Shown here one piece after another: positions 1-12,199 of a DNA stretch of 64,000 nucleotides. This DNA comes from Laetmonice hystrix (taxonomy: Eukaryota). Where the stretch lies: contig OZ249436.1 of NCBI GenBank assembly GCA_965235115.1, positions 23,686,001 through 23,750,000 of the forward strand. Reading direction: 5' to 3'. A program made the translations under genes and the position numbers. Numbering within the stretch: the stretch's first letter is position 1; each line of letters begins with the position of its first letter. A model generated the notes under the pieces. That model saw nothing but the letters and a program-made list of their open reading frames with translations. It ran no database searches and was not told the DNA's origin.

Positions 1-1011
1 GCAGGTTACAGTATTAAGGCCTCTCGTCACCGGACGCTCAACTCCAGCAAGGGTGTTATACGAACTAACTCTCTTGACACTACAACTGAACAGGAGATCC
101 TTGCTGGGTTGAGCTGGCAAGGTGTGTCGGAAGTCAGAAGATTGATAGTGAAACGAGATGGTAACACCATCAAGACACACACATATTTTCTGACATTCGA
201 CAGGCCCACTCTACCAGATGAACTCGAGATTGGCTTTCTAAAGGTAAAAGTCGATCCCTATATCCCAAATCCTCTGCGTTGCTTTAAGTGCCAGAGGTTT
301 GGGCATGGGACCGACTCATGTAGAAATGAACAAAAATGTTCTCAGTGCGCTGAAACAGGACATGACCATACAGGCTGTAAAAAGCCTGCTAAATGTGCCA
401 ACTGCGGGCAAGGTCATTCCACTGTTTCACGCGAGTGCTCCGTGTGGAAAAAGGAGAAGGAAATCCTGAAGGTTAAAACTGAGAGAAAACTTAGTTTCCC
501 AGAGGCACGCAAACTGGTGGAGCAATATCTGCTTCCACCAACAGTTAAAACCTATGCTGCCGCTGTTAAACCTACCACACGGACTTTCGCTTGTCAAACG
601 GAGATGGTGTGGGTCAAGGGGGATAAACCTGTGACCTACCCTGATCCCGATGACAGCACAAATGAACTGCCTAAGAAAGCTGTCTCGAGTCAGCCACCTA
701 AAAAGTCCACCTCAACACAGAGCCAGACAACCTCGGTTCCTCCTCCACAGGCCGGGCCGAGTACCAAAGAACCAACTCCGAAAAAAGATCAACCAAGTAC
801 TAAAGAGTCATCTACAAAGAAAGATCAACCAAAAAAGAAAATAATGACAGATCGGCTGCCCAAGGCAGCCTCCAACAATAGTGCAATAGCACTTACAAAC
901 AAATTTCAGCATCTTCAAGATGTTGAAATGGCTGATGCTACGACTTGTCGTAGTCGCAGCCTTTCCCCCAAAATAAAATCTAGGGGGCGTTTGCCTGTTA
1001 AACCACCTTGA
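1..1011 (+). CDS. LINE ORF1 gag-like nucleic-acid-binding protein (5'-partial)
   Basis: Frame +1 is open from base 1 (HRTLNSSKGVIR). It contains PNPLRCFKCQRFGH..C, CSQCAETGH..C and CANCGQGH..C knuckles. Stop TGA at 1009-1011. Confidence 0.9.
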   Translation, partial: AGYSIKASRHRTLNSSKGVIRTNSLDTTTEQEILAGLSWQGVSEVRRLIVKRDGNTIKTHTYFLTFDRPTLPDELEIGFLKVKVDPYIPNPLRCFKCQRFGHGTDSCRNEQKCSQCAETGHDHTGCKKPAKCANCGQGHSTVSRECSVWKKEKEILKVKTERKLSFPEARKLVEQYLLPPTVKTYAAAVKPTTRTFACQTEMVWVKGDKPVTYPDPDDSTNELPKKAVSSQPPKKSTSTQSQTTSVPPPQAGPSTKEPTPKKDQPSTKESSTKKDQPKKKIMTDRLPKAASNNSAIALTNKFQHLQDVEMADATTCRSRSLSPKIKSRGRLPVKPP

Positions 1012-4000
1012 TGGCAGGCAAATGCTTCCTTCAATGGAATTGTCGAGGTTTTAGAGCCAATTTTAATGAGCTCAGACTTTTAGCAGAAAACCTCAATCCT
1101 CTTGCCTTTTGCCTACAAGAAACATTTCTTACTGCCCGAGACAAGGTCTCATTTAAGGGCTATCACACTTTCTTTGGTTTTGCACCAGATGGTGACCGTG
1201 CTATTCTGGTTCGACAAGACCTCATCCATAGCCCTATTACAATAAACACACCATTGCAAGCAATAGCCATACGCCTAACTCTACATAAAGCCATCACTGT
1301 CTGCTCCATATACATTCCCCCAAACAGTAACTTGGCCCACCAGGATCTTGATGATTTAGTGGGTCAACTGCCAACTCCGTATCTCCTTTTGGGAGATTTT
1401 AATGGCCACAATCCCTTATGGGGTGGCACCACAACTGATGGCAAGGGCAAGAGGATTGAAGAGTTCATTGATAATCATGCTCTATGCATTTTTAATGATG
1501 GTTCAAACACATACCTACATCCTGGTCATGGCACCTATACAGCCATTGACCTTGCAATAGCCAAACCAGATCTGCTGCTGGATTTCTCCTGGAGGGTCTT
1601 GGACGACCTTTGCGGGAGTGACCACTTTCCCACCATCCTTACATATGAAGGACCCAGTATAGGGGAAAAACAACAAAGGTGGCAACTTAAGAAAGCCGAC
1701 TGGCACTCCTTCCAGGCCCTCTGTCGGGAGGAATTCAGAGCAGACAACATTAACGATCCTGAAGCAATGGATGATTTTACCTCGCTTTTAATCTCCATTG
1801 CAGACAGGACGGTTCCTAAAACCTCGACAATTCATAAACATGTCTCAAATCCATGGTTTAATGATGACTGCAAACAGGCAATTAAAGACCGGAAGAAAGC
1901 AGAACGCCTTTTTAACAGGCACCCAACTGCAGTGAACCTTACCAACTTTAAAATCATGAGAGCAAGGGCACGCCGTATCTGTAAAGAGAGACGGAGGCAG
2001 AGCTGGAGAGACTATGTCTCCAGCCTGACCTCTCGTACTCCTATCACAAAAATCTGGAACATGATACGGAAACTTAAAGGCAAGGGAGGTGGTACTGGAG
2101 TTCAACACTTAAAACATCAAAACACCTTATTAACCACCACAGATGCAATAGCAAACAAACTAGCGGAAACATTTCAAACAAACTCCTCCTCCAGGAACTG
2201 CCTCTCTCCATTCCAAGCCATTCGTGCTCAAAAAGAGAAACAAAAACTAAACTTCCATTCTGACAACAGAGAAGAGTACAACCAACTCTTCTCTATTGAA
2301 GAACTCAAATGCTCTCTTAAAAAATCACACGACACTGCAGTTGGACCTGACAGAATACATTACCAATTTTTAAAACATTTACCTGATACCACCCTTCTCA
2401 TACTTCTTCACATTTTCAACAATATCTGGATAACTGGTAATATACCCCGTTCCTGGCAAGAAGCAATAATCATCCCCATCCCAAAACCAGGAAAAGACCA
2501 TAGTGAAGCTAACAATTACAGACCAATAGCCTTAACAAGTTGCCTGTGCAAAACCATGGAGAGAATGATTAATGATCGCCTCGTCTGGAAGCTGGAGTCT
2601 GAGCAGCTCATAACCGAGTTTCAGTGTGGCTTCCGGCGAGGGAGAAGTACTCTTGATCATCTAATCAGACTCGAGACATACATCCGAGATGCTTTTATCA
2701 ACCGTGAACATGTTGTTGCCGTATTTTTCGACCTTGAAAAGGCATATGACACAACATGGAAGTACGGCATTTTAAAAGATTTACATGATATGGGTTTTAG
2801 GGGGCGTTTGCCCCTTTTCATATCTCAGTTTTTATCCAACAGACATTTTCAAGTCAGAGTAGGCACGACCCTGTCTGACTTGCACGACCAAGAATTAGGT
2901 GTGCCTCAGGGAAGCATTTTGTCCGTTACCCTTTTTAGTATTAAGATCAACAGCATTGTTAACTCGGTTAAAACTGGCATGCCCTGCAGCCTGTTTGTCG
3001 ATGACTTTGACGTCTGCTGCAGAGGCAAAAACATGAATGCCATTGAGAGGCAGCTCCAACTCTGTCTCAACAGAATCCACACTTGGTCGGTGGAAAATGG
3101 TTTTAAGTTTTCAAAGTCAAAAACGGTCTGCATGCATTTCTGCAAACTGCGTGCTTTCCACCTTGACCCTGAGTTGACAATGGATGGAGATCCTATCAAG
3201 GTCGTTAAGGAGACAAAGTTTCTGGGACTCACTTTTGACAGCAAGCTGTCTTTTGTCCCTCACATTAAATCACTGAAATCCAGATGCCTTAAGGCTCTGG
3301 ATGTTCTCAAGGTTTTGTCTGGCACAAACTGGGGGGCAGACAGTACAGTCCTTTTACAACTGTACGGGGCTTTAATCCGGTCGAAGCTCGATTACGGTAG
3401 TATAGTTTATGGTTCTGCTTGTAAGTCTTACATTCGGCTTTTGGACACGGTTCACCACCAGGGTTTGCGGCTTTCACTTGGGGCTTTTAGAACGTCTCCT
3501 GTTCAGAGCCTCTATGTGGAGGCCCGAGAGCCATCGCTTGACAACAGGCGTCTGAAGCTGGCTCTGCAGTATGCAGTCAAGCTCAGGACAAACAGTTCAA
3601 ATCCAGCTTACAATTGCGTTTTTCACCCTCAGTTCCAACATTTATATGAAAGAAAGGAAACGTACATACGTCCTTTTGGACTGAGGGTGAAACCTCATCT
3701 AGAGGAACTGAATGTTGATCTGCACGTCCTGGGGCAGACACATTTTTGCAACATTCCTCCTTGGGACCTGAAAAAGCCTGACGTCATTTTTCAGTTGGCT
3801 CAACTGAAGAAGTCAGAGACTCATCCCCTGACATATTTTGAACATTTTCTTGACGTCCAGGCAAGGTATCCCTCACATTATGCCGTCTATACAGATGGCT
3901 CAAAGGATGGCAGTGATGTGTCTGCGGCTGCAGTTCATGGCAAGCACAACTTCGGCACCCGCATCTCGGGGCAAAGTTCCATCTTCTCAGCAGAGGCCCG

Positions 4001-4679
4001 GGCCCTGCTTCTTGCCCTTGAAAATATTGAAGTTTCTAGTGAAAAGGGTTTTCTCATTTTCTCGGATTCCTTATCCTGTCTGCAAGCACTTGCTAACTTG
4101 AACACAGATCACCCAGTGATCGTTCAAATCTTGTCCAAGTTGGCAGTGCTTGCCAATGCAAACTTTGATATTCACTTTTGCTGGGTGCCTGGTCATGTTG
4201 GCATCCCGGGCAATGAGCAAGCTGACAGAACTGCCAAGAGGGCTCTTGAAACAGACGTCGAACTGTGTCCAATCCCTGCCTCTGATCTCAGACCTACCAT
4301 CTGGGCTTACGTAAGGAACAAATGGCAGGCTGAATGGGATGAACAACCAAACAATAAATTGTATCAGATCAGTCCCATCGTGAACCAAAGGTACCGTCAC
4401 GGCCTAACCCAACGTAGGCATGAAATTGTTTTTACTCGATGCAGAGTTGGTCATTCTAGATTAACTCATGTGTTTTTATTGAAGGGGGAGCCGCCTCCAG
4501 AGTGTTATGGCTGTCAGTGTCCTTTGACACTGAAGCATCTTTTACTTGAGTGTGGTGATTTTACTCTGATCAGACAACGGTTTTATAGTGAGGCGAGTCT
4601 TAAGGATCTTTTTAACAATGTCAGACCAGGAGTGATATTAGAGTTTTTGTCAGAAGCTGGACTTCTGACTCTTTTATAG
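1011..4679 (+). CDS. LINE ORF2: AP endonuclease, reverse transcriptase, RNase H, C-terminal CCHC
   Basis: QWNCRG, LQET, GDFNGH, SDHFP (APE); YRPIALTS, FDLEKAYD, GVPQGS, LFVDDF (RT); YTDGSK, FSDSLS, WVPGHVGIPGNEQAD (RNase H); CYGC..H..EC. ATG at 1011 overlaps the ORF1 stop (TGATG). Confidence 0.95.
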   Translation: MAGKCFLQWNCRGFRANFNELRLLAENLNPLAFCLQETFLTARDKVSFKGYHTFFGFAPDGDRAILVRQDLIHSPITINTPLQAIAIRLTLHKAITVCSIYIPPNSNLAHQDLDDLVGQLPTPYLLLGDFNGHNPLWGGTTTDGKGKRIEEFIDNHALCIFNDGSNTYLHPGHGTYTAIDLAIAKPDLLLDFSWRVLDDLCGSDHFPTILTYEGPSIGEKQQRWQLKKADWHSFQALCREEFRADNINDPEAMDDFTSLLISIADRTVPKTSTIHKHVSNPWFNDDCKQAIKDRKKAERLFNRHPTAVNLTNFKIMRARARRICKERRRQSWRDYVSSLTSRTPITKIWNMIRKLKGKGGGTGVQHLKHQNTLLTTTDAIANKLAETFQTNSSSRNCLSPFQAIRAQKEKQKLNFHSDNREEYNQLFSIEELKCSLKKSHDTAVGPDRIHYQFLKHLPDTTLLILLHIFNNIWITGNIPRSWQEAIIIPIPKPGKDHSEANNYRPIALTSCLCKTMERMINDRLVWKLESEQLITEFQCGFRRGRSTLDHLIRLETYIRDAFINREHVVAVFFDLEKAYDTTWKYGILKDLHDMGFRGRLPLFISQFLSNRHFQVRVGTTLSDLHDQELGVPQGSILSVTLFSIKINSIVNSVKTGMPCSLFVDDFDVCCRGKNMNAIERQLQLCLNRIHTWSVENGFKFSKSKTVCMHFCKLRAFHLDPELTMDGDPIKVVKETKFLGLTFDSKLSFVPHIKSLKSRCLKALDVLKVLSGTNWGADSTVLLQLYGALIRSKLDYGSIVYGSACKSYIRLLDTVHHQGLRLSLGAFRTSPVQSLYVEAREPSLDNRRLKLALQYAVKLRTNSSNPAYNCVFHPQFQHLYERKETYIRPFGLRVKPHLEELNVDLHVLGQTHFCNIPPWDLKKPDVIFQLAQLKKSETHPLTYFEHFLDVQARYPSHYAVYTDGSKDGSDVSAAAVHGKHNFGTRISGQSSIFSAEARALLLALENIEVSSEKGFLIFSDSLSCLQALANLNTDHPVIVQILSKLAVLANANFDIHFCWVPGHVGIPGNEQADRTAKRALETDVELCPIPASDLRPTIWAYVRNKWQAEWDEQPNNKLYQISPIVNQRYRHGLTQRRHEIVFTRCRVGHSRLTHVFLLKGEPPPECYGCQCPLTLKHLLLECGDFTLIRQRFYSEASLKDLFNNVRPGVILEFLSEAGLLTLL

Positions 4680-4792
4680 TTCAGTCTCGTTGATAGCCCA
4701 GGTGGGCTGACAGGATGGAGTGTGTTTTAATGATATTCCCGTTGGGGCCCGGGATAAAATAGGTTCCTTTCATTTCATGGTCTTTTAACCCT

Positions 4793-4860
4793 GTTTTCGC
4801 CGTGGGGATGGCCCCGGATGCCGGCACGGCGGAAAACCACCACTACTCACTCACTCACTC
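4793..4860 (+). other. LINE 3' stem-loop and (CACT)n tail
   Basis: GTTTTCGCCGTG (4793) pairs with CACGGCGGAAAAC (4825-4837), followed by CACCACTACTCACTCACTCACTC. Confidence 0.75.
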
Positions 4861-5837
4861 CGATTTTTCACGTTTCCTCATAATATGCCCCTTTAAAGTT
4901 GTCCCTACATACCCCGTCATTGCGGTCACCACAGCTCATAATTCACCCCCCCCCCACCCGGTAAAATGTCCTTCCGCCGCCTATGACAGTAAATAATACA
5001 GAATAGGGTCTGCATATAATGACTGTAAAGTGAGCCAGCTTCGGGGGTAGGTTAGAGGTGCTCAACCCTGACAACCAAGTCCCTTATTATTGAGTCATAT
5101 CACTTATTAAAACTTCTTATTATTTCTACACTGGGAGACAGTCCAATAATTTGGAAGGCACCAAGAGGCCCGTAGGCGGCGGGGGGGAGACTCGTTCCCA
5201 ATGCTCCCAGAATATGTCAAGGTTCAACTTTTCCAAAACTTTAGACTGGACTTCTGGTCCTGAAAATTATCTTGGACAAGATGCCAGACAATATTTATGG
5301 TTATTCATGCAGTTTTGGTTTTAAATCTCATATTATTGCTTTCCTTTAATCCTTTGTTGAAAAAGGTCCAGAATTTATAACTGTGCCCCACCCAACATTA
5401 TGGGCTGGCTACGGGCCTGAGCAAGTGCTGCAACAGCGCAGGCGCTGCGTGCATGGAGCACTCTAACCAAATAGCGTTCTTTCCTCTCACCCTCAGTGAC
5501 AGCAAGTGTGCTGCCTGCATCTGCCTACGTCATGTGCTCGGTGTGTTCACGTCTAACTCCTGTCACTTAGCCAAGACTCAAGACCCAAGAAACATACTGA
5601 AGTCAAATAAACATGTTTAGCATGATACTACCTTCACTTTCAAATCAAAGCACTGAATATTTCTGAATTTAGATCCCTTGTCGCCTTCAGTACCCCACAG
5701 TGCTGCCTTGCTTGCTTCCCTCCTCCGATGATACATTTCTTATCCAGTTGATCATATATTTTGATCTGTCTTTATCATCCCCAGGGAGGCATAATGAACT
5801 CCCAGCCCCATTAATAAATATTAAATGTATCTTTCAG

Positions 5838-5945
5838 GTCTGGATGGTTTCCCTGGAAGTCCTGGTATCACCGGTGCCACTGGTCTTGCTGGGTTCCCAG
5901 GGGGGCCAGGAGCAGCAGGCCTCCCAGGAGGTCCCGGAGCAACAG
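5838..5945 (+). CDS. Collagen-like gene, Gly-X-Y exon (108 bp, phase 1/1)
   Basis: tttcag|GT CTG GAT GGT TTC CCT ... GGA GCA ACA G|gtaag; 12 triplets. Upstream exons lie outside the window. Confidence 0.9.
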
Positions 5946-6187
5946 GTAAGCAATTTGTAGCTGGGGGAAATATTCGGACATCTAGCTATGTAAACAACCT
6001 AAATCTGACATACTTGAAGCGTCAAGTGGACTTTTGTTTCCCCAGGCAAATTGAGTCCCTCTGGTAATTATTGAAACCAAAAATTAATTAACAGCACCTG
6101 AAACGTACACTACTTTTTATTAGATAAAACATGAATTTCCATCACTTTCCATAGATAATAAAAAGTAGTGTTTCAGGTGTTGTTAAT

Positions 6188-6422
6188 GGCCCTGTCACAC
6201 CTTGCCGGATAGCATAAACAGACGTGACGAACAGCAACTTTATCAAAATTAACCATCCGGTGGTGAAAGTCGTCTCCATTGCTACTCGATGCCCTCAGGC
6301 GTTTCATCAGATTGAACGGACCTCGCCTGACTAGAAACGCATTTGGCGAACGAGAAACGGACAAAAAAGGCATGCAAACGGAGATGATCCGTTTATGCTA
6401 TCCGGCAAGGTGTGACAGGGCT
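6188..6422. mobile_element. MITE with ~28-bp TIRs (PIF/Harbinger-like)
   Basis: GGCCCTGTCACACCTTGCCGGATAGCAT ... ATGCTATCCGGCAAGGTGTGACAGGGCT. Partial copies at ~6466 and ~18621. Confidence 0.7.
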
Positions 6423-7260
6423 ATAAGTAGTTCATGGTTTCCCCATAGACCTACTCATTTGTTATGCCGCTGTCACATCTTGCCGGATAGCATTAACGGA
6501 CGTGCGACGGACAGAAAATTTGTCAAAAATAATCATCCCATGGTGAAAGTCGTGTCCGTTGCAGCTCTAGGCCCTCAGGAATGGATTGTGGTGTCGATCA
6601 AATGCACAATGACCGCATAATTACTGGAAAAGTACAGGATAATTACCGGCCAATCTAACGGACACTACCGTACAAGTAATGGACAAGAACTGGACAAAAT
6701 GAAAGCAGAACGCTAGAGAAACTGACAAAACGTTCTTTGAACGTATTTGTTCAGGTCATGTTCTGGTCATGACCTGCCAAACCTAGGAGACGTGGAAATG
6801 ATAATTAAAAGTGACTCTTTTATGATCAGAGACAGTAATATTTGTAATTAGAGACAGTAGCCTACAATTCGTAACGCCCTTTTTTATATCACCTATAATC
6901 GTCTTAAGTGTATACTAAGTGCCAATTCATCCAGGTAGTACAGCAATAACCAAAGTGACTCCATCATATGACGTTACATTTTAGTACATTTTGTTTACAT
7001 GTGGAACATATTGAAATTATGTAGCGCTCGAGATCAGCACCTCTTGCACCTACGTAACCCTGCCTAACTGGTTGTGCCAGCAACCGGTGGCGCATGGCAT
7101 GCAACATAATATATGATAGGCCAACTGCAACTAGGCCGAGAGGAGAGGGGGATACAAGTCAGCTAACGGGGCAGAAAGGGGGCTGGATTGTGGATTTTTG
7201 AGTTGAAACTTTAAATAGTCTCAAAAAATTAAGCAGGTGCCTAATACTAAATAGTCGATT

Positions 7261-9686
7261 CTCACGAACTGTCGTCATTTGCAAAGTTTCTCTTTACTGG
7301 CCTAGAAGTACTTCCCACTTTAAGATAGGCATATAATATTAGTTTAATAAGATGAGGCTCTTTGAGATCTTGAAGGGGAACCATACTTTTACCTATCTGT
7401 GACCAATATTACAGAAGTTATAGACAAATACCCACCCAAAAATGGCACTTTTTAACAAATAAAATAAGAAATTACCTTTTGACATGTTTCTGAAAGAATT
7501 AAATGTAACAAATAGAGGGGAAAAGCTGCCGTACAGGGACAAGTACCCCACTAAGAATTGGTATACTTGTCTATATAAAGAATGAGTGAAAGTAAATATA
7601 TCCTGTCGTCTTTTATAACTTGGGGTAGTTTGATGTAGAAACGCGTAACTCCTTTTTGCATCATCTAGTTCAAATATTTAAATGTAGTGTATTCGAGAGT
7701 TTTAAATTGTATGATATCAATCAACACTCAACGGAACTTTCTAAAACAAATATAGCTGAAAATGCTTATAGTTGGTGTGAAATAAGCAATACCCTCCAGG
7801 TTAGGTGGTTTGATTGGTGTAGTTTTGGTGTACAAACGCGTAACTCCCTAGAATGCGCTGTATAGCCTATGGTTTTGATATTTAACTGGGTTGGTGTGGT
7901 AAATAAATTAACATTATTATAAATGGATAATGACATAATAAGGGAAAGATGTTACAATTATTTGTTTGGTAGATAGAATAGGTTAATGTCCTGCTGTAGA
8001 TACGCGTAACTCCATAGAAACGCGTAACTCCCTAGTGGTAAGTAAAAGAAGTAGCAGCAGTTCCGCCATCTGCGGGACTTTTGTGGTGAAGTTTTATCTG
8101 CTAGCATTTTCGGTTCAAGTAACTACCATGGTTATATTGTATTTAGCACGAAATCTACCGGTAATCTTTCAGTATGCCTTCATTAAGTAGAAACGCGTAA
8201 CTCCCTGAGGGACAATTATTGTAGTAAGCTTGACCAGCCTGTTAGCCTATAAGATATTTTTATATTATAAGATATCTATAACAGTTTTGTCGACTGCTTT
8301 TTGAAAGGCCTTTTGGGTGACGATACGTCGTGGAGAAGCACATTAAAGATCCCTTGGCATCTATCGATAACAGTAGGGGTTCGCCCCGATGTCGGGTGTC
8401 CTCCTATATCATCATCACCCAATGGATTTCACCAACTGAGTTAGTTACCTTGTTCTCGCCCTGAAATAGCTGAAATACTGCTGACTGGGCGTTAAACACC
8501 AACTACTCTAACTCGTGGCAATAAAAAAAATTAAATAAGGTTTTGCATATCGTTCCCGGAGAAAAAATCAACTATAATCAAGAATATTCCTTGGATTCAC
8601 ATGTATGGCATCCTGTGTTATAGTGTCTTATGTCAAAATATTTCGTTACCGAAATGAAATTGTTACTGAAATGAAATGAAATAAAGTTAATTACTTCATT
8701 GTTACTGAAATGAAATGAAATATACAGCTTCTAAAAGAAATTCATATTAGAAAATGACTGTATGAAATATATTCTGTAGAAACGCATAACTCCCTCTATT
8801 TATTCAGCATTTATTATGTACCTGGAAGAGCAAAAAGAGCAACTGCATATCTTAACAGAGAACTCGCAGTTTCAACGGTATTAATATATAAGACCATCTA
8901 TTGCTGACTCGAAAATTTGCACATTTAATTTGATTAATCAATTCATGCATTATTCCTATCTTTGAGACCTAAAAGTACATTATACATATCTTTACATATA
9001 CATAAGTACTAAATACCGGTTATTATACTGTATTTTTGCACTGGAAAATCATAGAAACAAACAGAGAAAAGAAATACGGCACATTATGTCTTACTTGGTT
9101 AACTTCTACCAGTCGTGGTCCTTACTATGTAGAAACGCGTAACTCCTTTTCCAAGGACCAAGTACATGTATTGAAAACTTGTCAGAGCAGCCATACATAC
9201 TACACACTAATATAAAAAACAAAGCCTACACTCATAGTTTCAACAGATAATACTCGTATAACATTTTGCACATAGAAATAGTATATTCTGGAAGCAAAAC
9301 ATATCAGAAATGCCCGGAAAACCCTGGATTTCAGAGATAAATCACTGAGTTCCATTATAAAAAATTACAGAAAAAAATGAAATTATTTTAAAGCCTTATG
9401 TTCGGTAGTATAAATTAGTTTCTGCTGGCTTGAATAAACACGTAGACAGTAGAGGGATGTTTCTTATTTATATATATTAGGTTCAGGGAGTTACGCGTTT
9501 CTATGTGGTCTCTGACACAGGCAAACTTGATCCTTTGCCATACTAACCAATTCTTGCATTTAACTTTCCCAAGCATACCTGCATAACGCCCCAATACCTT
9601 GATTCTTTGTTACACATAGTTATTTTCTTTTAGTATATGATTTATTTTTGACCCCCTTCCAACCCCAAATGACGACAGTACATGAG
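7261..9686. mobile_element. Non-autonomous TIR DNA transposon with internal 18-bp repeated motif
   Basis: Imperfect 21-bp TIR CTCACGAACTGTCGTCATTTG / CAAATGACGACAGTACATGAG. Motif GTAGAAACGCGTAACTCC occurs 7x forward and 1x reverse. Confidence 0.65.
8334..8512 (+). mobile_element. 5'-truncated SINE (Meta-domain-like core) with LINE-like tail
   Basis: GCACATTAAAGATCCC...AGTAGGGGTTCGCCCCG core recalled as resembling MetaSINEs; tail GGGCGTTAAACACCAACTACTC; flanked by TCGTGG direct repeats. Confidence 0.65.
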
Positions 9687-10318
9687 CCTACAAGTAGGCC
9701 TACTAGTAACCTGCTACTATATCTGACCAAAAGTTTCTCATGTGACATCAACTCCACAACCAAGAATCAGAGTATCCATTTATTCAGCTCTGCTCCTATA
9801 TAAGATTCAAAAACATATATTGGCCCCTTACTTAGCTGCCCATTTCTGAAGTGGTCAATATGGCTAAGGTCGAGATATCTACGAAGGAGGAGGTTTTACT
9901 ACCTGAACAGCACCAGTAACCTGAGACCATTACTCATGTTATCACAGAGGTAAACCTCGTCAGGCCTTACTGTTTTAATGATTAAAGTTAACAAAACTTG
10001 TCTGGTCCTTAGCATTTCTAAAATACCAGTCTAAAATAGCCAACCGTTTGGGTGGGAAATTAGTATTTTCTACAATAAAATGAACTTGGAAAAAACGGTA
10101 TCTCAGTAACATTATTATGGAGGAAAAACTGTGAGTTGACTGCGTGTGTTAAGACAGTGTAGTTCAGATCAGCAGGGCATTTTAACCAGACAACCTATTG
10201 ATGTACCCTTTATCGGGCTTGTGATTTTTCCGTTAGTTTGCCGGATTTCTGGCTTTTTATATCAAAAAGTTACCCCTCTGTGATTGGTGCAAATCCGTTG
10301 AGATCTTATAATGCATAT

Positions 10319-12199
10319 GGGTCATTCCATGTGAAATCACCCAATTTTCAGACAAATCCCATAGTGATAGTCTTGGATTTGCTTCAAATTTTTTTGACAT
10401 GTTGCCTGTGGTGCCAAATGAAAATATGCAAAGTTTTACCTCATTATCATTTATAGTTTTTTTTTAATAGGGGGTCAAAAAAGTGGGCGTGGCTCCTTTT
10501 ATCGCGACAAAAATGCTGCCGACAGATTTATTCCCATCTTTAACAAACCATAGCTAAGGAACTATCAACGATATCAACTTGATTTTTTCAACATAGATCC
10601 TTCATCATGTACTCTCTTGTTGGCAGGTGTCAGATTAAAATTTAATCAAGTAGGAGTCAAGCAATTATCTGCTACATTTAAGCATTTTTCTGACGAAAAT
10701 GAAAAATCGTCACATTTCAGATCAGCTTTTCACCCATACCTCATAGGATGAATTGAGTTTAGTTGTTTCTCAATGATAGTACACCTAAAGGGCTTCCTAC
10801 AGTAACAAAAGCAGTTACTTAAGATCAGTAGTTTTTTGGCAAGAATAGCAGGTAACGGGTCTCAGCAGGAAAAAACCCCTATTTGGGCCCCTTTTTTGAA
10901 GATGTGGGTATCCTTCGATTTTGATAATAATTATATCATCAGAAAGCCCTTGATGTGTACCATCAACATACCTATTGTCATTGTTAAACTAGCACCCTTT
11001 CATCTTGAAAAAAAATATTGATTTTTAACAATAATGACACATTTCAGACGTCATCATGCCCACCATGATCTTCCAAAGATAATACTGAAAACACATTTCT
11101 ATATGCCTATTTTCAGTGTGCAACTAGTGCTCTTTCATTTTGGAAAAAATTACTGTATTTTAAAATTATGACATTTCGTAGGTCAGGTCTGAGGATACCC
11201 TGTAAAGAAAATTCCAATGCACTGCTAGATCAGCACTATTGTAGTTCATTTATATTTCACTAGGTGGCAGGCCAATCGACAGAAACTGGCAAAAAAGTAG
11301 GAGCACATTCTAATTACAGGGTTGCCAGACAACCAGACAGATTCCAGATTGAAAATAGGCATGGTGACAGTACACATCAAGGGAGCACCTTCTGATGATA
11401 TAATTATTATCAAAATAATTTGCATAGAAATGTGTTTTCAGTATTATCTTTAGAAGATCATGGTGGACATGATGACGTCCGAAATGTGTCAATATTTTTA
11501 AAAATCAATATTTTTTTTTCAAGATGAAAGGGTGCTAGTTTAACAATGAAAATAGGTATGTTGATGGTACACATCAAGGGCTTTCTGATGATATGATTGT
11601 TATCAAAATCGAAGGATACCCACATCTTCAAAAAAGGGGCCCAAATAGGGCTTTTTTCCTGCAGAGACCTGGTACGTGCTATTCTTGCCAGATAATTACT
11701 GATCTTAAGTAACTGCTTTTGTTACTGTAGGAAGCCCTTTAGGTGTACTATCATTGAGAAACAACTAAACTCAATTCATCCTATGAGGTATGGGTGAAAA
11801 GCTGATCTGAAATGTGACGATTTTTCATTTTCGTCAGAAAAATGCTTAAATGTAGCAGATAATTGCTTGACTCCTACTTGATTAAATTTTAATCTGACAC
11901 CTGCCAACAAGAGAGTACATGATGAAGGATCTATGTTGAAAAAATCAAGTTGATATCGTTGATAGTTCCTGAGCTATGGCTTGTTAAAGATGGGAATAAA
12001 TCTGTCGGCAGCATTTTTGTCGTGATAAAAGGAGCCACGCCCACTTTTTTGACCCCCTATTAAAAAAAAACTATAAATGATAATGAGGTAAAACTTTGCA
12101 TATTTTCATTTGGCACCACAGGCAACATGTTAAAAAAATTTGAAGCAAATCTGAGACTATCACTATGGGAGCCCTGGGTGATTTCACATGGAATGACCC
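10319..12199. mobile_element. Foldback element with ~780-bp inverted arms (Sola-like termini)
   Basis: GGGTCATTCCATGTGAAATCACCCA... mirrored at the right end. Arms ~10319-11107 and ~11423-12199. ATAT on both flanks; GGG...CCC ends. Confidence 0.85.

Larger units (their letters stand above)
1..4860 (+). mobile_element. Non-LTR retrotransposon, I/Nimb-type clade (RNase H-containing), 5' end outside window
   Basis: Two open ORFs (zinc-knuckle ORF1; APE-RT-RNaseH-CCHC ORF2), short 3' UTR ending in a stem-loop and a (CACT)n tail. Confidence 0.93.

Noticed and set aside
7635..9504. CRISPR-like array of 18-bp repeats
   Set aside because: Spacing is irregular (0-600 bp), one copy is inverted, there are no cas genes and the context is eukaryotic.
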